Source of the DNA: a bacterium
GTDB taxonomy: Bacteria > Hydrothermota > DG-26 > JAUXAN01
Direction: 5' to 3'
Length of the DNA: 64,000 nt
NCBI GenBank assembly: GCA_030619885.1
Contig: JAUXAN010000004.1
Span: 12,575 to 76,574, forward strand
Position 1 is the stretch's first letter. Every line of letters begins with the position of its first letter. Shown here piece by piece: positions 19,652-29,262 of this stretch. The notes under the pieces are model-generated. The model did not search any database, was not told the DNA's origin, and saw nothing but the letters and a program-made list of their open reading frames with translations. Position numbers and translations under genes: made by a program.

Positions 19652-20770
19652 ATGGATCTAAAAGTTGCGATAGTTCACGACTATCTCAATCAGTATGGTG
19701 GTGCGGAAAGAGTTTTAGTAGAGGTCCATTCAATCTTTCCGAAAGCGCCGATTTATACGCTCATTTATGATAGAAAAAAGATGCCAAGGCGATTTGCAGA
19801 ATGGGATATACGCACATCTTTTCTGCAAAAGATGCCTCTTGTGAGGAGACATTATGAGAAATATTTCTTGCTGATGCCCATGGCAGTTGAGCAGTTCGAT
19901 CTTTCAGATTATAACCTCGTTTTGAGTCTCTCGAGTGCATGGGCGAAAGGGGTGTTGACTTCAATGAATGTCTGCCATATCTGTTACTGCCACAACCCGA
20001 TGCGATTTGCATGGGAAGATTTCTACAACAGATTGCAAAGGGAGAAAAACCCAATCTACAAACTTGGCCTCAGGTTCTTTTTACATAATATAAGAATCTG
20101 GGATACGGTCAATTCGAATAGGGTTGATTATTTCATAGCGAACTCCACTCGCGTGAAAAACAGGATCAGGAAATACTACGGGAAGGAGGCGGAAGTAATT
20201 CCTCCACCCTGCAAGTGTGATTTCTTCTATCCAGAAGATAATGTTAGAGACGATGGTTTCTACCTTACCGTATCCAGATTGAGACCCTATAAGAGAATAG
20301 ACCTCGCTATAAAGGCTTTCAATAGGCTTGATCAACCACTTGTAATAATCGGTGATGGAGATGAAAGAGAAAGACTCGAAGCTATGGCGAATGAGAATAT
20401 AAAATTCTTGGGGAGGTTATCAGATACCCAAATTAGAGATTATTATCAGAGATGCAAGGCATTTATCTTTCCATGTCTTGAAGATTTTGGCATCGCTCCG
20501 ATAGAAGCGCAGTCCTGTGGAAAGCCTGTAATTGCCTACAGCAAAGGGGGAATAAGAGAATCGGTTATAGACGGGGAGACAGGTGTTCTTTTCTATCTTC
20601 AAACTGAGCAGGCATTAATTGACGCTGTGTTAAAATTCGAGCAGAAAAAATTCAATCCCCAAAACATACGACAAAATGCGATGAGATTTTCAGAACAAAG
20701 ATTTAGAGAGAGACTGTTAAGTTTTGTGCACAAATGTGCAAATGAATACTTTGGAGTGATGGATGCTTAG
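19652..20770 (+). CDS. Glycosyltransferase family 4
   Basis: HDYLNQYGGAERV, YCHNPMRFAW, VSRLRPYKRIDLAI, EDFGIAPIEAQSCGKPVIA. Confidence 0.92.
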   Translation: MDLKVAIVHDYLNQYGGAERVLVEVHSIFPKAPIYTLIYDRKKMPRRFAEWDIRTSFLQKMPLVRRHYEKYFLLMPMAVEQFDLSDYNLVLSLSSAWAKGVLTSMNVCHICYCHNPMRFAWEDFYNRLQREKNPIYKLGLRFFLHNIRIWDTVNSNRVDYFIANSTRVKNRIRKYYGKEAEVIPPPCKCDFFYPEDNVRDDGFYLTVSRLRPYKRIDLAIKAFNRLDQPLVIIGDGDERERLEAMANENIKFLGRLSDTQIRDYYQRCKAFIFPCLEDFGIAPIEAQSCGKPVIAYSKGGIRESVIDGETGVLFYLQTEQALIDAVLKFEQKKFNPQNIRQNAMRFSEQRFRERLLSFVHKCANEYFGVMDA

Positions 20771-22145
20771 AGAAAGAGCACATATTTTTAAAAATTTTGA
20801 CCGCGCAGCGGATGGAGTTGTAATTATAATTTCCTATCTTCTTGCCTACATAATAAGAGCGAACCTTCCAAGTCTTTCGAGCCTTTCCCCTCTCATCTAT
20901 TACCTGTGGCTGCTCGTTCTTATCGTTCCGATATGGCTCGTCCTTTTTACCCATTTTGGACTATATGAATCTCAAAGAATGAAATCTATATCCGACCAGT
21001 TTGTCTCTGTCTTAAAAGGCGTACTTATAGGTGGAGTCGCGGTGGTGTCTATTTTCTTCCTTTTCAAATATACCAGAATATCGAGAATTTTTCTTTTTAT
21101 CTTTCTGTTTTTAGATATAACCTTTTTATGGATCGAAAAGGCTATTGTTAGAGAATGTTTATGGAGAATAAGGAGGAGGGGGCGTAATTTCAGAAATATT
21201 TTTTTGGTGAGTGAAGGAGATGATAAGGGGTCTTTCTACAATTTAGTTGAAAAACATCCTGAATGGGGACTAAAAGTAGTTCATAGATTGAGATTCAATC
21301 CAGATTCTAAGAAGATAACTAAAAAATTTACCCGTTATTTAAAAGAAAATGTGGTTGATTCTGTCTTTTTTGACCTTTCATCTGAGAATCTGGGAAAGAT
21401 AGCACCAATGCTCCAATTTTGTGAGGAGATGGGGATCGAGTCGCATACCCTCGTTGATATTCATACCCCTGTAATTGCCAAACCTTATGTAGAGAATTTT
21501 TTCGATATGCCGGTGATTACATTCTCCACCACTACCCAGCGATTTATCCCACTCCTTGTGAAAAATATCTCTGACAGAATTTTATCTCTCTTTAGTTTGG
21601 CCATCTTATCTCCACTCTTTATTTTAATTTCTATCCTTATTAAGGTCACATCCAGAGGACCGGTTCTATTCAGACAGAAACGCGTGAGTAAAAATGGTAG
21701 AATTTTTACTTTCTATAAATTCAGGACTATGGTTGAGGATGCCGACAAGATAAAGGATAACTTCGAGCATCTTGATGAGACAATAGGTCCCATTTTTAAA
21801 ATAAGGCGAGACCCGAGGGTAACAGAGGTCGGGCGAATTTTGAGAAGATTTTCTCTCGATGAGCTACCCCAGTTATTCAATGTTATAATTGGTGATATGA
21901 GTATTGTCGGCCCACGCCCGCCAATACCGGAGGAAGTAGAACTTTACAAGACATGGCAGAGGAGAAGACTCTCAATGAAGCCCGGTATCACATGCCTGTG
22001 GCAGGTAAGTGGAAGAAGCAGCTTAGATTTCGAGAATTGGGTAGAACTCGACCTCTGGTATATAGATAACTGGTCTTTGAGCATCGATTTGGAAATACTA
22101 TTAAGAACTATTCCTGCTGTGCTGACAGGGAAAGGAGCATGGTAA
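20763..22145 (+). CDS. Polyprenyl-phosphate sugar transferase (WcaJ/CpsE-like priming glycosyltransferase)
   Basis: N-terminal TM helices; KFRTM, DPRVTEVGRILRRFSLDELPQLFNV, SIVGPRP, KPGITCLWQVSGRS. Confidence 0.92.
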   Translation: MLRERAHIFKNFDRAADGVVIIISYLLAYIIRANLPSLSSLSPLIYYLWLLVLIVPIWLVLFTHFGLYESQRMKSISDQFVSVLKGVLIGGVAVVSIFFLFKYTRISRIFLFIFLFLDITFLWIEKAIVRECLWRIRRRGRNFRNIFLVSEGDDKGSFYNLVEKHPEWGLKVVHRLRFNPDSKKITKKFTRYLKENVVDSVFFDLSSENLGKIAPMLQFCEEMGIESHTLVDIHTPVIAKPYVENFFDMPVITFSTTTQRFIPLLVKNISDRILSLFSLAILSPLFILISILIKVTSRGPVLFRQKRVSKNGRIFTFYKFRTMVEDADKIKDNFEHLDETIGPIFKIRRDPRVTEVGRILRRFSLDELPQLFNVIIGDMSIVGPRPPIPEEVELYKTWQRRRLSMKPGITCLWQVSGRSSLDFENWVELDLWYIDNWSLSIDLEILLRTIPAVLTGKGAW

Positions 22146-22777
22146 TGAAAGATTACTATTCGATTCTTGGGGTGGAGAGAGAGGCGAGTAAATCGGAGAT
22201 CAGAGCTTCGTATATAAGACTGGCAAGACTTTACCATCCTGATAAACAAGCCAAGGTTGGCAACTGGAAGATTACGAACGAACGATTTTCTGCTATTACA
22301 GTTGCCTACAGGACACTTGTAGACGATAAAAAGAGACAAGATTACGACAATAAACTACGCACTGGATGGGTTGAGGAGGTGGATGCCAAAAATATTCAGT
22401 CCGAGAATATATTCAAACTCGGCATCGAGGCATATAGAGAGAAGAATTATCGCAGGGCGATGAGTTATTTTAGGTCTGCATGTAAATTGAGGCCGAAGGT
22501 GGCCAAATACTACAGTTTTTTGGGCCTCGCTGCTTCCAATCTTGACAATTTAGAGATGGCAGAATTCAACTGTAAAAAGTCTATCGAACTTGAACCGAAC
22601 AAACCTGACTTTTATATAAATCTCGGTATAGTTTATAAAAATGGAGGGAAGGAAACTGAATCGAGGAGACAGTTTAAGAAAACCCTCAAGTTGGATCCGA
22701 AGAATTTGAAGGCAAGAAAATTGTTAGATATGTCAGGTTCGAAAAAAGGGTTCTTCAGTTCACTATTTAAAAAGTGA
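22139..22777 (+). CDS. DnaJ-domain / TPR-repeat protein
   Basis: DYYSILGV, YHPD J-domain motif, following TPR helices. Confidence 0.85.
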   Translation: MVMKDYYSILGVEREASKSEIRASYIRLARLYHPDKQAKVGNWKITNERFSAITVAYRTLVDDKKRQDYDNKLRTGWVEEVDAKNIQSENIFKLGIEAYREKNYRRAMSYFRSACKLRPKVAKYYSFLGLAASNLDNLEMAEFNCKKSIELEPNKPDFYINLGIVYKNGGKETESRRQFKKTLKLDPKNLKARKLLDMSGSKKGFFSSLFKK

Positions 22778-22779
22778 AT

Positions 22780-23052
22780 CTATTTTACAAGATCTTTGAA
22801 TTCCTGTCCTGGAACAAAAATGGGAACCCTTTTTGCAGGAATACTTATAAGATCACCTGTTTTAATATTGTGAACTTTCCTTTCCTTTCTATTTTTGGTC
22901 AAAAAGGTCCCGAATTTCGACAATTTCACCTGGTCCCCGTTCTTCAACGCAGTTTTGATTATACTCAAAAAACAGTTAATGGAGCGGCCTGCTTGAACTT
23001 TTGGCAAATCTAATGCCGTGGCTAATTCTTCTATAATATCCTGTCTATTCAT
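22780..23052 (-). CDS. HU/IHF-family histone-like DNA-binding protein
   Basis: MNRQDII, KFGTF...RKERKVHNIKTG..I.IPAKRVP.F.PG; AAGGAGGT RBS. Confidence 0.92.
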   Translation of the reverse strand: MNRQDIIEELATALDLPKVQAGRSINCFLSIIKTALKNGDQVKLSKFGTFLTKNRKERKVHNIKTGDLISIPAKRVPIFVPGQEFKDLVK

Positions 23053-23171
23053 ATCCCCTTACCTCCTTAGATATTATATGAATTATCAAAAAATACAAAG
23101 AAAATGTCAAGGAAAAAATTAACCACAGAGAACACAAATTAATACACAAGAGAATTTTTCCCTTTCTCATT

Positions 23172-23191
23172 TCCATACGGATCCGTATGGA
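23172..23191. repeat. Perfect 20-bp palindrome 'B' TCCATACGGATCCGTATGGA
   Basis: read directly; identical copy at 17926-17945. Confidence 0.75.
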
Positions 23192-23272
23192 CGGATCTGC
23201 GACCTGCGGAAAATTTATACTTCCTTATAGATCAAGAAAAAAACTACAGTCATACCCTACGGATAATAATCT

Positions 23273-24295
23273 TTACAGACCCAATCCGTAGAGAATGCCT
23301 CCTAAAGTTAATCCAATTACAAGATTTAATGTTTTGATGAGAATAGAATCCTTTACCGTATAAGATAAAAGAGGAAGCATCCCATGTCCATCCTGCACTA
23401 TGGAAGAGGTGAGGAGTACAGAAAATGGGACGAGACCTCTGGCAAACATTGTTACGAAAATAAAATGCGGTCCTGATTCTGGAATTATACCGATGAAACC
23501 GCTGAGTAGAAGCACCCAGATTATATGGACTTTGACAAAACCCTCTAAATTCCAGTATTTCAATCCAATGTGGATGAAAAGAAGGGCAAAGAATGTCCAC
23601 AGGAATACTCGCCATATATGCTCCTTGACTATGTGATTGAAGATATGCTCTTTAAGGTAGTGCTGTGGGACCGTGGCAATGATATATATAGTGATTATGA
23701 GGAGCGTGAAGAGTGTGGTTCTTGCCCAGCCCCAGGTATGCGGCCCAAGTATACCTGTACCGATGATAACTATGAGTGCAACGAGTGAAAGCAGCAGAAT
23801 GTATCTCATTGATGATATGTGTGGAAACTTTTTCCAGACCATAGCATCGAAACACCGACATTTCTCATCGTCGGGGTGGAGAGGGCTCAATTCACACTCT
23901 GCACAGGGCACTATCCTTAAAAGAGGAACAATCTTATCGGTTATCCATGCAAAGATTACCCCAATGATGAAGAGGAGTCCGAAAAGTAAGAGGGCGGTCC
24001 TGGGAAAAAGGGCAATCATCACATATGCCTCGTCACCGGATGTGGCAATCATACCACCAACCATTGCACCGAAACTAAGCAATCCACGCACATAAAAGGA
24101 GACATTCATAAATGCACCAAGACATCCAGGTGTGGCGCCCAACAGGGAGGCTATACTGTACTGTCTCCACCTTCCACCTCTGATTAAAGTTGTTAGCTTA
24201 CCCCTGCTCAATACATTGATGTAATCGGTGATGAGCATCATTACAAAAACAAATAGAGTGATTTCTACTGAATAGACCAATACACTCGCTATCAT
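23273..24295 (-). CDS. Putative manganese/metal transporter (DUF2899-like)
   Basis: LLGATPGCLGAF, IATSGDEA, GIIPESGPH, QDGHGMLPLL; multi-TM; downstream of feoB. Confidence 0.75.
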   Translation of the reverse strand: MIASVLVYSVEITLFVFVMMLITDYINVLSRGKLTTLIRGGRWRQYSIASLLGATPGCLGAFMNVSFYVRGLLSFGAMVGGMIATSGDEAYVMIALFPRTALLLFGLLFIIGVIFAWITDKIVPLLRIVPCAECELSPLHPDDEKCRCFDAMVWKKFPHISSMRYILLLSLVALIVIIGTGILGPHTWGWARTTLFTLLIITIYIIATVPQHYLKEHIFNHIVKEHIWRVFLWTFFALLFIHIGLKYWNLEGFVKVHIIWVLLLSGFIGIIPESGPHFIFVTMFARGLVPFSVLLTSSIVQDGHGMLPLLSYTVKDSILIKTLNLVIGLTLGGILYGLGL

Positions 24296-24321
24296 AATAT
24301 ATTACTCTTTCTGAAGATTAT

Positions 24322-24490
24322 TTGACAGGATTAACAGGATTTTTATTCAATAGGACGTAGATTTCCGCCTATATGGGTCGTACGACAGATAACCGCAGAT
24401 TTAGTAGGGAACAGGCATGCCTGTTCCCTACATTTTCATAATATTTAATCCTGTTCATCCTGTCAAATGTTCAATCCTGTCTATCCTGTC
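24322..24490. repeat. Composite intergenic repeat: GACAGGATT/ATCCTGTC inverted 9-mer arms enclosing a CGCAGAT tract, unit 'A' (24368-24385) and a REP hairpin
   Basis: gacaggattaacaggat ... atcctgttcatcctgtc; gatttccg[cctatatgggtcgtacga]cagataaccgcagattt. Confidence 0.65.
24404..24431. repeat. Perfect 28-bp REP-like palindrome GTAGGGAACAGGCATGCCTGTTCCCTAC
   Basis: read directly; identical copy inside hdrA at 46573-46600. Confidence 0.8.
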
Positions 24491-24493
24491 AGA

Positions 24494-26215
24494 TTACTTC
24501 AGAATTGAATTCAGTATTCCTCCTACTAAGATTGCAGAAGCGACCATAATCACCGCTGATTTCAACATATCCTTCACACCGAGTTCTTTTACCAGAATTG
24601 CAAATGTAGCCACACAGGGGAAATACATCGTTAAAACTACCGATGCCACAACAAGTTGATTCATTGAAAGACCGAGAGGCGAAAGCATACCCACTGCCAC
24701 ATCTTTGCGTAAAAATCCAATTATCAAAGCACTCACCGCTTCTTTTGGAAGCCCGAGGATACCCCTTACAACCGGTGCAGCAAGTTTGCCAATGAACTCG
24801 ATTATATGGAGTGCATAGAGAATATTTACGATGAGGACACCAAGTAAAACATAGGGAACAGCTTCTTTCAGAAATCCTAAAGTCCTCATCCACAACTTTT
24901 TGAGAAGTGCTCCAAAATAGGGGAGACGGTAGGGTGGAATCTCAACGAATATCTCAGGACTCTCTCCTTTTAAAATAAGGTTCAGAAGGATTCCAATCGC
25001 TATCCAGACAATAAATAGTGTTCCGAAAACGAGCCAAAGTCCTCTTGCCCCAGCTTTTCCAACAAGTCCTACGATCATCGCAATCTGTGCCATACAGGGA
25101 ACCGCTATCGCCATCAATGTTGCCCCAATGAACCGTTCTCTCCTTGTTTCTAATACCCTCGTTGCCAGTGCTCCTGGTACATTACAACCAAGACCCAATA
25201 GCATCGGAATTATTGCCAGACCATGCAGACCCACCTTATGCATCAGATTGTCTATCAATATACCGAGTCGCGGTAGATACCCTGAATCTTCAAGAAAACT
25301 CAGCACCAAATAGAAGGCAAATACATAAGGCAAGACCATAGCAAAGGGAACGAATAAGCCCGTGGTTAAAAGCCCCATCGATTCTACAAAATCTATCTCC
25401 CCATCTACCAGTTTTCCAATCAATATATTATGAACGAGTCCTGAAGAACCTAATAGCGAAGAACCTTTCATCATCAAATTTGCCCATAAATCGAATATAG
25501 GTTCAAAGACATACCCGATGAGTCCTTCCCCAACAAATCTTATGAGTTTGAAAGTGAGATACATAATTCCAACAGCGATAGGGACCCCGGTCAGTGGTCT
25601 TATCGAAGCATCCCCAAGTCTCTCAAGGAATGTATGATGGCGATGGGTTACTTTCTGTACCTTCTCTACAATCCTACCTATCTCATGCCACCTCTCTTCT
25701 TCTTCGTATTGGTAAGTATTCGCCCTTGCATCTTTTAATCTCGAGATGAGTCTTCTAATTCCCTCACCAGTTATGGCACAGGTGGGAACAACCGGTATAC
25801 CCAAGATTTCCTCTAATCTTTTCACATCTATCTCGATTCCAGTATGCTTTGTCTCGTCGTAGAGGTTCAAACATACAACGACCGGTATACCTTTTTTGAG
25901 TAACTGTAGTGTCAAATTGAGGTTGCGCTCTAAATTTGTAGCGTCTACGATATTTACAACTAAATCCCCTTCTTCCTTTATAGCCTCGGTCAACATTTCC
26001 ATCGCTACTTCTTCAGCCCTCGAGGTCGGCTCAAGGGTATAGGTGCCAGGGACATCGATTATCTCAAATTTTTCTTCGCCCAATCTCATATACCCCTTGA
26101 TGAACTCTACTGTTGTTCCGGGATAGTTTGAAGCGATAACATGGACACCTGTCAACCTCGAAAAAACTACGCTCTTTCCCACATTTGGATTTCCCATCAA
26201 AAGTATCTTATTCAT
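24494..26215 (-). CDS. feoB: Ferrous iron transporter B
   Basis: GNPNVGKS, NYPGTTVE, DVPGTY, DATNLERNL, EDSGYLPR, GLGCNVPG. Confidence 0.95.
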   Translation of the reverse strand: MNKILLMGNPNVGKSVVFSRLTGVHVIASNYPGTTVEFIKGYMRLGEEKFEIIDVPGTYTLEPTSRAEEVAMEMLTEAIKEEGDLVVNIVDATNLERNLNLTLQLLKKGIPVVVCLNLYDETKHTGIEIDVKRLEEILGIPVVPTCAITGEGIRRLISRLKDARANTYQYEEEERWHEIGRIVEKVQKVTHRHHTFLERLGDASIRPLTGVPIAVGIMYLTFKLIRFVGEGLIGYVFEPIFDLWANLMMKGSSLLGSSGLVHNILIGKLVDGEIDFVESMGLLTTGLFVPFAMVLPYVFAFYLVLSFLEDSGYLPRLGILIDNLMHKVGLHGLAIIPMLLGLGCNVPGALATRVLETRRERFIGATLMAIAVPCMAQIAMIVGLVGKAGARGLWLVFGTLFIVWIAIGILLNLILKGESPEIFVEIPPYRLPYFGALLKKLWMRTLGFLKEAVPYVLLGVLIVNILYALHIIEFIGKLAAPVVRGILGLPKEAVSALIIGFLRKDVAVGMLSPLGLSMNQLVVASVVLTMYFPCVATFAILVKELGVKDMLKSAVIMVASAILVGGILNSILK

Positions 26216-26456
26216 TAGCGACTCCTTTGCATTCTACTATGACCTTTCTCGCCATCCCAAAGCCCAAAGCCACTTCTGTATTACCTACCCTGATGGTTAC
26301 CGGACCACGCATAAACTGGGCAGAGATTTTTTTAGCAGATACACCCACTCTGAGCCCTAACGATTCTAATTTCCTCAAAAGACCATGTCCCCCATAGATA
26401 TCCACGACTATCCCTTCTTCTCCTTCTCTCATTTGAGTTAAATCTATCCTTTCCAT
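26208..26456 (-). CDS. feoA: Ferrous iron transport protein A
   Basis: 82 aa, RKLESLGLRVG...GPVTIRVGNTEVALG..MA..V.V. Confidence 0.92.
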   Translation of the reverse strand: MERIDLTQMREGEEGIVVDIYGGHGLLRKLESLGLRVGVSAKKISAQFMRGPVTIRVGNTEVALGFGMARKVIVECKGVANE

Positions 26457-26458
26457 TT

Positions 26459-26911
26459 TTACCTCTCTTTCTTTCTACATTTGTCGCAATATCCATACAA
26501 TTCCAGTTTATGCCTTATGATTCTGAAATTGTATTTCCTTCCAACCTGTTGTTGAAGTTTTTCTATCTGGTCGTTCGTAAACTCGATGATTCTACCGCAT
26601 TTAATACATATAAGATGGTCATGATGTTCTTCAGGATGGATAGGTTCAAACCTGGCACTTTTATCTCCAAATTTGCGTTCAGTTGCCAGTCTTGCATCCA
26701 CAAGTAATTTCAAGGTACGGTAAACCGTGGAATAACCTATCTCTGGGTTGGTTTCTTTTATCTCTCGGTACAATTCATCGACACTGAGATGCAGGTCTTT
26801 TTTCAAGAAAAACTTCACGATGGCTCTCCTCTTTTTGGAATGCTTCAATCCCTTTGCTCTGATGTAATCCGTAAATTTTCTGCTGTCTAATTTTTTGACT
26901 TTGCATTTCAT
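26459..26911 (-). CDS. fur: Ferric uptake regulator family repressor
   Basis: IGYSTVYRTLKLL, HHDHLICIKCG, GYCDKC; ATG at 26911 preferred over the track's TTG. Confidence 0.93.
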   Translation of the reverse strand: MKCKVKKLDSRKFTDYIRAKGLKHSKKRRAIVKFFLKKDLHLSVDELYREIKETNPEIGYSTVYRTLKLLVDARLATERKFGDKSARFEPIHPEEHHDHLICIKCGRIIEFTNDQIEKLQQQVGRKYNFRIIRHKLELYGYCDKCRKKER

Positions 26912-26918
26912 ATTCAAA

Positions 26919-26946
26919 ATTGTAGGAAAGTATTTTCGCTTGTCAA
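26919..26946 (-). promoter_or_regulatory. Putative sigma70 promoter of fur-feoAB (leaderless)
   Basis: minus strand TTGACA-16nt-TACAAT-7nt-ATG. Confidence 0.6.
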
Positions 26947-26974
26947 GAGAAATCGACCTAATGGTCAGATTTTC

Positions 26975-27011
26975 TCCATACGGATCCCATACGGGTCTAC
27001 GACCGTATGGA
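26975..27011 (+). repeat. Nested repeat: 17-bp unit 'A' variant inserted at the centre of palindrome 'B'
   Basis: tccatacggat[cccatacgggtctacga]ccgtatgga. Confidence 0.7.
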
Positions 27012-27196
27012 CTGACACCGAGTCTTATAGTTCTTTGATGGGGTCAAGAAAAAAGTGTGGAGTACTTATACTTTTATAAGGAAAATCGTCTTAAAAATAA
27101 GATTGCACTCTGTAAATACGTAAATATGGGAAGGTGAATATTGAGGGCGCTGAAAAGGTGGATTTGTCAGTTTTTAAATAATACATTTTAATTTTT

Positions 27197-28123
27197 TTAG
27201 ATTAGGAAAAAATCTCTTATCAGGTCTTTCCATTCCTTTTCATCAATTTTTCGGAGTGTGCGTATAAGAGTGACATAACAACCTACTGAAACCCCGAGAT
27301 CACTCTCAATTCTGTGTGATAATCTATTTACTTCCTCCATAAGCCAATCCTTGGCTTTGTTTCCTTTCAAAAGCCCCTCCAAATCAACTTCAATATTAAA
27401 TGACTTTAATTCAAGGACCCACCCTTTCCCATAAGGGTCGGCATTTAATAAAGAACTGTCCTTGGAAAGCTCCTTGTTCATCTTCTTCACTGTACCATCG
27501 ATTGGAGAAAGTAGTTGAGCATTTCCCATCTTGCTCCTGACTTCCCAGCCAATTTCTCCTCGCTTCACTTCTTCTTTATGAACAAACTCTATCCCTTTTA
27601 TCTTCCCTAACAACCGTTGAGCAAAGTCATCCAATCCTATCCTCACAGTGTCTTCGTTTATTCTTCTAACCCAAGTGTGTTTCTTGTAAAAGTAGAGAGA
27701 ACCCGAAATTAAGAAACCATTCACTTTTATCCGGTTTACTTTTGTCATTTGAGCCAAAACTTTTGGATGCCCATAAATAGCATCTTGCATCATTTGGTCA
27801 TACTCACAGGAACCGCATTGATAGTTATTGGGGCAGAGTTTATAAGATACCTCTCCAACCAACATATATCTACACTTTCGTTCCAAAGCTGGCAGATTTC
27901 TCAACCGAGTAATAATATTAAACATCTCTGGTGTTTCCGCATATTTACCATTCACATCCATCAGAGATTGATTAAATTGGCACTTGGCACAATTGTAATT
28001 GAGAGTGCAAAGGCGATAAGAGATCACACCCAGCTTTACCCATATACATAGGCGTTCTTTACCAGGAAGCTCTTTCATTGTCTCCTTCATTGCTTTTATA
28101 TCTTCCTCTTTTGCAACAGTCAT
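27197..28123 (-). CDS. GcvH-like protein with two N-terminal Cys-rich repeats; lipoyl-Lys position not conserved
   Basis: 2x C-x12-C-x5-C-x2-C, then HTWV...VRIGLDDFAQRLLG...LSPIDG...NADPYGKGW. Confidence 0.8.
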   Translation of the reverse strand: MTVAKEEDIKAMKETMKELPGKERLCIWVKLGVISYRLCTLNYNCAKCQFNQSLMDVNGKYAETPEMFNIITRLRNLPALERKCRYMLVGEVSYKLCPNNYQCGSCEYDQMMQDAIYGHPKVLAQMTKVNRIKVNGFLISGSLYFYKKHTWVRRINEDTVRIGLDDFAQRLLGKIKGIEFVHKEEVKRGEIGWEVRSKMGNAQLLSPIDGTVKKMNKELSKDSSLLNADPYGKGWVLELKSFNIEVDLEGLLKGNKAKDWLMEEVNRLSHRIESDLGVSVGCYVTLIRTLRKIDEKEWKDLIRDFFLI

Positions 28124-28256
28124 TTTTTACTCACCTCCTTTGATTATTATTCATCTTCTTTCGCAACACTTCGGTACTGAAAACACTTAACAAAATCATC
28201 GCCTAATAAGAAAATAGCGTCTCCACAAAACATCCTTCTTACGATACTATGTAATG

Positions 28257-29200
28257 TCACTTTTTCCCCTGTCCAAATTCAAAGGTATCGATCGCATTTT
28301 TGACCACTGAAGCAGAGCGATCGAATGCTTCTTTCTCCTGTAAGGTAAGTTCGAGTTCGATGACTTTTTCTATTCCTTTGACTCCCAATTGTACTGGAAC
28401 ACCGAGACAGATATCTTTGTGTCCATACTCACTGTTTATATATGCAGGGCAGCATATAATCCTGTGGTCATTTCTGACTATAGCCTCAACCATCTCTGCG
28501 ACAGAGGCTGCAGGGGCACAGGATGCACTTCCGGTTTTCAAGTCCGCAACGATTTCTGCGCCTGCATTTCTCGTCCTCTCTATCAATTTATCTATCTTTT
28601 CTTTTGGGAGAAGTTCTGTTATAGGGATACCCTCTACCCTTGCATATCTCGGCAGAATGACCATATAGTCATGATGCCCTCCGAGAACAATTGCCGTAGT
28701 ATTGGCTGTAGAAACATTCAACTCCTCGGCGATGAATTCGCGTAGACGTGTAGAATCGAGGACACCAGCTACTCCCATAACTTTCGGGTTTGAAACCACT
28801 TGTCTTCAGCGTATAATAAGTAAGTGAATCAACAGGTTCGGTAAGAATTATGATAATCGAATTGGGTGCATTAGTGACTATTTCTTTGACGATTGAGCCT
28901 ATCACTTTAACATTTAGTTCGAGCAGGTCAAGGCGCAACATCCCTGGTCTTCTCATCTTTCCTGCCGCTATGGCCACAATTTTAGAACCTTTCGTATCTT
29001 TGTAATCATTCGAACCCTCAATAACTATCTATGTCATAACCCCTTATAGGTGCTGCTTCCATAAGGTCCAATGCCTTCCCCCTCGCTTTCCCCTTCACAT
29101 TATCAATCAACATCACATTGGCGAGTTTCTTCTCTGCTATATAGAAGGCTGTATCTGTTCCAACATTCCCTGCCCCTATTAAACTTACTTTCTCCATCAT
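28257..29200 (-). pseudogene. mdh: Malate dehydrogenase (LDH-like MDH) broken by two frameshifts
   Basis: three track ORFs join up: IGAGNVG; AGKMRRPGMLRLDLL; GVLDSTR, GGHHD, LKTGSA; ATAG duplication near 29025 and ~2-nt deletion near 28785. Confidence 0.85.
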
Positions 29201-29262
29201 CCACCTCCTGAGTTCTTTTTTATCTCTTCTATTGCAACCATCTTACCTCTCCCACACCAAAC

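Noticed and set aside
17916-27011. CRISPR array made of the CCATACGG palindromes
   Set aside because: Copies are dispersed kilobases apart with no regular repeat-spacer period, and no cas genes are present
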